Shown here piece after piece: positions 62,618 through 64,000 of a stretch of DNA of 64,000 bases (its first letter is position 1; each line of letters starts with the position of its first letter). The position numbers were made by a program, and so were the translations under genes. The notes beneath the pieces are model-generated. The model was not told the DNA's origin and ran no database searches. It saw nothing but the letters and a program-made list of their open reading frames with translations. The DNA comes from Candidatus Saccharimonadota bacterium (GTDB lineage: Bacteria; Patescibacteriota; Saccharimonadia; Saccharimonadales; UBA4665), in assembly GCA_028286345.1 (NCBI GenBank), contig JAQBRT010000001.1, forward strand, positions 566,567 through 630,566, read 5' to 3'.

Positions 62618-63816
62618 GCGGCAACCCCGACGTGGTCTTCGTAGACTTGCATGATCTTGTGGCTGGCATCATCCCAGCTCAGGCGGGCAAATTCGTTGTA
62701 AGCGTTCTGGTGCAAGGTGTCACGTAGCGGGTCATTTAGGACAACGGCCGCAATCTTGTTAGCGATCTCGTCAATGTCCCAATAGTCCACTTTCAGGCAG
62801 TTGTTAATAACTTCTGCAATGCCCGAGGTTTTACTAACCAGTGCCGGGGTGCCGTAGCCTATTGCTTCCAGTGGTGTTAAACCAAATGGTTCAGACAGTG
62901 ATGGCATAACAAACAAGTCGCCAATGGCGTAGGCATCACGCCAGCGTTTGCCACGCTGGAAGTCTACAAAAAAGACATTCTCGCCAATTCCGAGGTCGGC
63001 GGCCAGGTCAATTAATTCGTAATACTGCTCGCCACTGCCCACAATCAGGAACAGGGTCTTAGGGGCGTGAGCAATGACTTCTTTGGCGGCGCGTAGTAGG
63101 TTTGGCAAGCCTTTTTGGATAGTCAAACGGCCAATGTTTACCACAACCCTGTAGCCTTGGGCTTTCATGGCTTCTAGGTATTTGTAGGAGTTATCGGGGT
63201 CAATGGGGTCGAAACCAGTAATGTCGATGCTGTTATGGACTACTTCTATCTTATCGGCTGGGATACCGTAGTCACGGATAATGGTGTTTTTGGTGTGTTG
63301 CGAGACGGCAATAATGCGGTCAGCGGCCAAAAATGACATCTCTTCGATCTCGTGTACTAACGGATTGCCGTGCCGGGAACCTGCGCGGTCCGATTCTACG
63401 GAGTGAACATGCAAGACAATTGGTACTCCCTTGGCTTCTTTGGCACGCAGTGCAGCCTTGAATGTCAGCCAGTCGTGGGCGTGGACAATATCGAACTCAG
63501 TTTCATGGATAAGCTTGGCTACTGCGTGCTCGTATAACTCTTGCTGGCCGAAGATATCAAGCCACTCAACAGTACCATCATCTTTGATGTACTTATAGCT
63601 GTCATAAGCAATACCTGAACGCAAAACCGTCGCTACTCCTTGTGGCTGAGCCGCCGTTACTTTCATAAAATCGATGCCGTGATCGGCTTGGTAGGGAAGT
63701 ACAAATTCGATGTCGATGTCTTTTTTGGAGAGGGCTTTACACATCTGGTAACACGCTATCCCCAGCCCACCGCTGTTATGAGGTGGTAGCTCCCACCCAA
63801 GCATCAGTATCTTCAT
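62614..63816 (-). CDS. GT4/GT5-type glycosyltransferase (glycogen-synthase-like)
   Basis: N-terminus MKILMLGWELPPHNSGGLGIACY and the C-terminal E-x7-E region (PSLSEPFGLTPLEAIGYGTP). ATGA overlap with the downstream GH57 gene. Confidence 0.8.
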   Translation of the reverse strand: MKILMLGWELPPHNSGGLGIACYQMCKALSKKDIDIEFVLPYQADHGIDFMKVTAAQPQGVATVLRSGIAYDSYKYIKDDGTVEWLDIFGQQELYEHAVAKLIHETEFDIVHAHDWLTFKAALRAKEAKGVPIVLHVHSVESDRAGSRHGNPLVHEIEEMSFLAADRIIAVSQHTKNTIIRDYGIPADKIEVVHNSIDITGFDPIDPDNSYKYLEAMKAQGYRVVVNIGRLTIQKGLPNLLRAAKEVIAHAPKTLFLIVGSGEQYYELIDLAADLGIGENVFFVDFQRGKRWRDAYAIGDLFVMPSLSEPFGLTPLEAIGYGTPALVSKTSGIAEVINNCLKVDYWDIDEIANKIAAVVLNDPLRDTLHQNAYNEFARLSWDDASHKIMQVYEDHVGVAA

Positions 63817-63860
63817 AACCCTCTTTTTTAACTAGGCACTCTTTGATTTTTCTTATGCTT

Positions 63861-63889
63861 AGTATAGATGACTCTATCTGTTAGCACAA
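63861..63889 (-). promoter_or_regulatory. Promoter TTGTGC-17 nt-TATACT (read on the - strand) for the glycogen-type operon
   Basis: The reverse complement of 63861-63866 is TATACT and of 63884-63889 is TTGTGC. An AGAGGG RBS precedes the ATG at 63816. Confidence 0.5.
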
Positions 63890-64000
63890 GCGTAATACTG
63901 AACTAATTGTACCTCTGCTTACAGATGCAGTCAAGAGTTTTCAACAACGATTTTCAGTAATATTTCTTACAGTGATTACAATTACATAAGCTGTATACTC

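Overview
This 64-kb window is a core-genome segment of a small-genome bacterium, coded almost entirely on the + strand. It uses the standard genetic code: TGA acts as a stop at 8455-8457, 10721-10723 and 51209-51211. In order it contains the radA 3' end, a class A PBP (- strand), tyrS, a SAM methyltransferase, recG, rsmD and tRNA-Leu. A five-ORF block of unknown function follows, then hisS, tig, clpP and rpoB-rpoC. Next come the str (rpsL-rpsG-fusA-tuf), S10, spc and alpha ribosomal operons, running on through rplM-rpsI. After those are trpS, an RluD-like pseudouridine synthase, holB, a TPR protein, a tRNA-Thr/Tyr/Thr array and rpmG. The window ends with a 1538-aa surface protein carrying 18 Kelch-like blades and a - strand GH15/GH57/GT4 glycogen-type operon. 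No rRNA genes, CRISPR arrays, transposases or integrases were seen. rpmD (L30) is absent between rpsE and rplO, several r-proteins carry Ala/Lys/Pro-rich tails, and GC looks intermediate. Together these suggest a CPR/Patescibacteria lineage, possibly Saccharibacteria-like; this is inference only. The main unusual signals are these. (1) The normally contiguous rpsL-to-rpsI superoperon is interrupted at six junctions by 12 short ORFs, 11 of which I cannot assign and one of which is a Nudix hydrolase. Several have their own promoter-like or terminator signals, and three junctions repeat a pattern of a ~80-aa Cys-containing ORF followed by a larger partner. (2) A five-ORF unknown block sits next to tRNA-Leu. 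(3) At least six genes have a -10 box exactly 6-7 nt upstream of the ATG, suggesting leaderless mRNAs. (4) A near-perfect CIRCE (HrcA) operator overlaps the clpP -35 box. (5) Two orphan promoter-to-terminator units may encode small RNAs. (6) The giant Kelch-type surface protein. I could not assign a function to any of the inserted ORFs from sequence alone.
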